Below, in pieces: positions 61,790-64,000 of a stretch of DNA of 64,000 bases (position 1 is its first letter; every line of letters begins with the position of its first letter). A program made the translations under genes and the position numbers. Source of the DNA: Azolla caroliniana (taxonomy: Eukaryota; Plantae; Polypodiophyta); assembly GCA_043228905.1 (NCBI GenBank), contig JBHGNT010000007.1:1612001-1676000 (forward strand), written 5' to 3'. Below the pieces are notes generated by a model. It was not told the DNA's origin and did no database searches. It was given only the letters and a program-made list of their open reading frames with translations.

Positions 61790-63110
61790 ATATTTTCTAT
61801 AGAAATTAGGCTCACCTAATTCATAGTGGGGCCAAAAATAGTCACCTTTTTGCTCTTAGGACAACATGTAAACGTACACCTACATAGATCACGTAGAAAT
61901 AGACATAACTAACATAAATTGGGACACATATATTAAATGTAGACACTAGAACATATAATTCACGTGTTTCGTGGATCAACCACCATGTTACAAAGACCAA
62001 TATATGTCACCTTCTTGAGAAAGTTTTTGGTGTGTGGTGGGATGATCACATCCTTGAATCGTATGGTGTACATCATATCACATGATACAAAGACCAATGT
62101 GTGTTGTCTTCTTGAGGGATTGTCTGCAGTGCTCTAGGGTGATTGCATCCTTGAATTGTATGTTGCACCTTAGATCATAGATTATTGATAATCGTGTCTT
62201 AGACCAAGACAAACATAGGTTATATCACATGTGACAAAGAACATTGGATATCATTTTTTCGAGAGATTGTTTGGGGAGTATAGTGGTGATCGCACCTAGA
62301 ATTGTATGCCGCACCCCATATTGCACATCCTTGGCAATTGCATGGATGACAAATTGTATTATGTGAGGATCGTAGCATTATGTTTTATGCCTCTAGTTAT
62401 TGTTGTTTTACATTATGTAAGTAGTGATCAAGGTCATTCATAAATATATCTCAAAAGCAACATTCATGCATAAAGATCAACTCAAGGGGGTATGAACCAA
62501 CTCAAGGAGGGATTATTGACCATGTTAAGTTCATGGGTTTCCATTCACAAACGCAATCACTTTGAACCACATGGTCACCTACATAATTAAGAGGGGGTGA
62601 TGACTTGACTATCACACTAAAGAGCACACCTAGAAGGTTTAGCTCATATGTGTATGCCTTATTCACACATTGAGACTCAGTGCTTGAAAGTATGAATATC
62701 CCTTCTTAGGAAGGAGACACACATCAAGATAACTTTTGTACTTAGGTCCTATGGCTCAATATTGGCCTCTCTATGGATGCTAAAAAGATATATCTGTCTA
62801 TCTATAATATGCCATATTTCCTATAGAAATTAGGCTCCCCAATTATCCATTGAGTGCGGCCAAGGGTGATAACGTTTTGCCTCTTAGGACAACACATAAA
62901 TGTACATAGGTAGAATTGATAGAAGTACACACGACCTAACAAAATTTGAGATGCATACCATTAAATGTAGACACTAGAACACCACAATTCACGTGTTTTA
63001 CAAAGAACAATGTACTTCGTCTTCTTGAGAAATTGTTTGCAGTATGTTGGGCGATCACATTGTTAATTTGTATGTTGTAGCTCTTAGTACATGTCCTTTG
63101 ATAATCATGT
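61790..63110. repeat. Degenerate dispersed/tandem repeats (61790-62080 vs 62815-63080; ~100-bp subunits at 61989, 62087, 62233)
   Basis: Shared CTATAGAAATTAGGCTC, ATTAAATGTAGACACTAGAAC and ACAAAGA(C/A)CAAT...CTTCTTGAG. Confidence 0.7.
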
Positions 63111-64000
63111 CTAATACAAAGGCAACTTTTTGCTTTACTTGTTATGCTCGTAACCATATGAAGCTTTACATTTTGTGTGAATGAATTATTTAATGACATG
63201 ATGACAGTAACATCATGTCACATGGTTCTATAGAGGTGTTATTCCATTCCTTTGGTCATTAATTTCTTGTTTCTCACAAATAATGGAAAGGGATTAGTTA
63301 TTGCATGAATAAAAAAGTGCATCCAATTCAAGAAATGTGCACGCACAAGTAAATAAACATTGAGCACTTGCTTATTTTTCAAATTTTGTGTGTTTTCATG
63401 AGGGCACGTCAAGAGGAAACAAGTGGCCTCAGTACATAAATATATGTTATGTATGTATACATTATGTATGAATTTGTGCATTATAACGATAATTTCATAA
63501 GTCTCAAGGGCTGCAACATACAAGACAAATGAAAATATAAAAGAAAATACATTTGAATGCCAACAATTGATGCAACATTACAAATTTGCATAATTCCTAG
63601 TCATACTTGATTATATTGTATACGATTATTTGAGAGAACCACTAATTAATGCTACTCTTGCACAAGCAAAAGTGTTTTTTGGGTCAAGGGACATTTGTCT
63701 CTCTATGATAGGTGGTTCTTCATGTCTACCAGTATTTTGAGTAGGATACATCTTTTCAAATGACCACAAATGTGCTTGTTTTGTCATCTCTAGCTAGGTA
63801 ATTAATACGATAGTGACTTGTGCAATTGTTGCACCTTAGCAATAGAACTTTTCAAGGAAAATCCCAACAAAATGAGGGTGGAAAATTCAATGCACTCAAC
63901 GAATACTCCACCATGAGCATTAAATGAGCACAATGTGTACTAACTCTTAAATTGTTGGACCGATTTCAACATTAATTCTTGTTTTTCCTATATCTAGTTG

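Overview
Eukaryotic, repeat-dense land-plant nuclear DNA. The TE families and abundant (GA)n/(CA)n runs suggest a fern or another seed-free plant (inference). There are two host genes: an intronless SRPBCC/polyketide-cyclase-fold gene (18159-18650, -) and a three-exon bHLH+ACT-like transcription factor resembling ZHOUPI/bHLH95 (23937-29443, -). The rest is transposon-derived. At 1-13168 there is a nested stack: an APE-LINE interrupted by a Ty3/gypsy element, which holds a young gag-only LTR element (tRNA-Trp PBS, 4-bp TSD) and abuts a second gypsy. Elsewhere there is a decayed copia, a decayed gypsy, solo LTRs, many 5'-truncated LINE ends, tRNA-derived SINE-like units and tandem arrays. Two patterns stand out. 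(1) A tRNA-like Pol III A-box/B-box module sits in the U3 of three different LTR families, always pointing away from the Pol II TATA. (2) Two unrelated LINE families and a SINE family sit in (GA)n/(TC)n microsatellites with strict and opposite strand polarity, clustering around the bHLH gene. Coordinates were read by eye, and boundaries of decayed elements are approximate.
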